Below are positions 62,137-64,000 of a stretch of DNA of 64,000 nt, piece after piece. The notes beneath the pieces are model-generated. The model was not told the DNA's origin and did not search any database. It was given only the letters and a program-made list of their open reading frames with translations. A program made the translations under genes and the position numbers. The first letter of the stretch is position 1, and the number at the start of each line of letters is the position of its first letter. Source of the stretch: an uncultured Alistipes sp. (lineage in GTDB: Bacteria; Bacteroidota; Bacteroidia; Bacteroidales; Rikenellaceae); contig UQDC01000006.1 of assembly GCA_900539755.1 (NCBI GenBank), positions 45,177-109,176 of the forward strand. The letters run 5' to 3'.

Positions 62137-63060
62137 CTACTTTGAACCCCAGTAGAGGAACAACATACCGATCAACACCAACAGCAGGTCGATCGCCTTG
62201 CTGCGCAGATTCTTTTCACGAAACAGCAGCGCCCCGAACAGGAACGAAACGATCACACTGCCCCGTCGGATCATGGAGACCACCGAAATCATCGAACCGT
62301 CGAGACTCAGCGCATAAAAATAGACAAAGTCAGCAGCGGACAAAAAGATCGAGATCAACGGAATGCTCCAGTGCCAATGAAAAGGTGAGTTTGCACGGTG
62401 GGGCCACCAAAGAATCAGCAACACGATGGTCATGATTCCCAACTGGTAGAGGTTGTACCAGGATTGTACCATCATCGGGGCAAGCTGGCGCATCAAGTAT
62501 TTATCGTAGAGACCGCTAATAGCGCCAAGCAGGGCTGCCAGGACGATGCAATAGATCCAGCGGTTGTGCCGGAAATCGATCCCCTCCTTGCGTCCGGAAC
62601 GGCTTAACATCAGGAAAGAGATACCGGCCAAAATGACACCGATCCATTGGTAGAGGTTGAGGCGTTCGCCGAAAATCAGCAGCGCTCCGACCAGCACCAT
62701 GACGGGACGGGTTGCGTTAATCGGGCCTACGATGGTGATGGGCAGATGTTTCAGCCCGAAATAGCCTAAGGTCCAGGAGCTGAGAACGATCAGCGATTTG
62801 AGCAGGATCAGACGATGCACCTCCCAACCGGCTGAGGGGACATACAGAAGCGGATGGGTGGCCATCTGTTCGGGCCGCCAGGCCGACAAGAGTATGAACG
62901 GCAGAAAAATCAGCGACGAAAAAAGCGTGTTGAGCAGCAGAACGGGTAATACCGCATTGCCGTTGAGCGACTGTTTTTTAAAGACATCGTAGAAACCCAG
63001 TAACAGGGCGGATAAAAAAGCGAGCGCTAACCACATAGTCTTCTTGAATTTAGCGGGCAA
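62137..63060 (-). CDS. EamA/DMT-family transporter
   Basis: 307 aa, 10 TM helices, duplicated EamA domains. Confidence 0.8.
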   Translation of the reverse strand: MPAKFKKTMWLALAFLSALLLGFYDVFKKQSLNGNAVLPVLLLNTLFSSLIFLPFILLSAWRPEQMATHPLLYVPSAGWEVHRLILLKSLIVLSSWTLGYFGLKHLPITIVGPINATRPVMVLVGALLIFGERLNLYQWIGVILAGISFLMLSRSGRKEGIDFRHNRWIYCIVLAALLGAISGLYDKYLMRQLAPMMVQSWYNLYQLGIMTIVLLILWWPHRANSPFHWHWSIPLISIFLSAADFVYFYALSLDGSMISVVSMIRRGSVIVSFLFGALLFREKNLRSKAIDLLLVLIGMLFLYWGSK

Positions 63061-63470
63061 ATTTAGTGGAATTTTTCCACTTTTAGTTAAAAAGTGGCTA
63101 TCTTTGAGAGATTTTGACCAAACGAGGTGCTTCGTGTTGTGACTTGTCTCGATAAGCCTTGCGGTGCATTAGTGGAATGCATTGTCATGTAGGTTGTTAT
63201 TGGGATGCGTCAATTGATCGCCTCAAGGTGGTGGAAGGTAGGCCAGGGGCAAAGGTCATGGATGGTAGAGCCTGAACATTGGCCACCAAGATGCTTTGCA
63301 TGAGGCGAGACCGATCGAGACAAGGCGGCAAAATATTGTTTCGAGTTTGGTGTGGACAATAGCCATGAACCGTAACTGGGAACACCCAATAGCAGGATGG
63401 GGCTCTTGTCCCGGATCGAAGATAAAACGGAACCTTTTAAAATGATAAATACAAATATAGATTAACTGAA

Positions 63471-64000
63471 CATGCAATCCGAAAACAGTCAACCCGAAAA
63501 CGAGCAGCCCGTGTCACTGCCCGAAAACGCTTATCGAGAACTGAAACCTGGTGAGGAGTATCATCCTGTGATGCCGGCTTCGAGTCGCCCGTGCGAGGCA
63601 ACGGTCTATTCCGTTACTTTTGGTATCGTGATGGCGATCATCTTTTCGGCCGCAGCCGCCTATCTCGGTTTGCGGATCGGACAGGTCTTCGAAGCCGCTA
63701 TCCCAATCGCCATTATCGCCGTGGGGGTCGGCAATTTGACCGGCCGAAAAAATATGTTGGGCCAGAATGTTATTATTCAGTCGATCGGAGCCTCTTCCGG
63801 AGTGATCGTCGCTGGAGCCATCTTTACGCTGCCGGCTCTGTATATTCTGGGGCTTGAGGCCAAATTCTATCAGATTTTCCTTTCATCACTCTTTGGCGGT
63901 CTGCTCGGTATCGTTCTGTTGATCCCGTTCCGCAAATATTTCGTCAAGGATATGCAGGGGCGCTATCCCTTCCCTGAAGCTACTGCAACCACCGAGGTGC
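63471..64000 (+). CDS. OPT-family oligopeptide transporter, 3'-truncated at the window edge
   Basis: Open frame from the ATG at 63471 (MQSENSQPENEQ...VTFGIVMAIIFSAAAAYLGLRIGQVFEAAIPIAIIAVGV) with the typical OPT N-terminal TM pattern. It is absent from the ORF track because no stop falls within the window. Confidence 0.65.

Overview
The window is a 64-kb chromosomal segment from a Bacteroidota (probably Bacteroidales) genome. That assignment rests on the fused NuoCD, the 11-subunit nuoABCDHIJKLMN operon lacking nuoEFG, a TAnnTTTG -7 promoter motif, a YVTN beta-propeller gene next to a TonB receptor, and SufBCDS. It is mostly core genome. In order it carries murF (partial), a mannose-1-phosphate guanylyltransferase, pssA, a porin-like outer-membrane protein, an MltF-like transglycosylase, ppdK, a secreted endonuclease/exonuclease/phosphatase-family enzyme, gyrA with a downstream TPR protein, sufBCDS, a tmk-like kinase, a DoxX-family membrane protein, a 401-aa GNAT/FemAB-like protein and a GH78-like glycosidase. 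It continues with a cobalamin-uptake module (B12 riboswitch, BtuG-like propeller lipoprotein, BtuB-like TonB receptor), an OadA/PycB-like biotin carboxyltransferase, the nuo operon, tpx, ybaK, mutY, a flavin reductase, a small GNAT, a DUF2721 protein with a long disordered tail, a MATE exporter, copA/copZ, an AraC regulator with a PAP2 phosphatase, an EamA transporter and a partial OPT transporter. I found no convincing defence or mobile-element gene cluster. The unusual signal is non-coding: many intergenic regions carry species-specific GT-rich tandem repeats (17-nt, 18-nt, 36-nt and about 100-nt periods), polypyrimidine tracts, and two ORF-free blocks of about 1 kb and 1.6 kb. The six-frame ORF track also overcalls the BtuG-like gene into the riboswitch. 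Several proteins (MurF, the endonuclease/exonuclease/phosphatase-family enzyme, CopA, DUF2721) carry low-complexity insertions.
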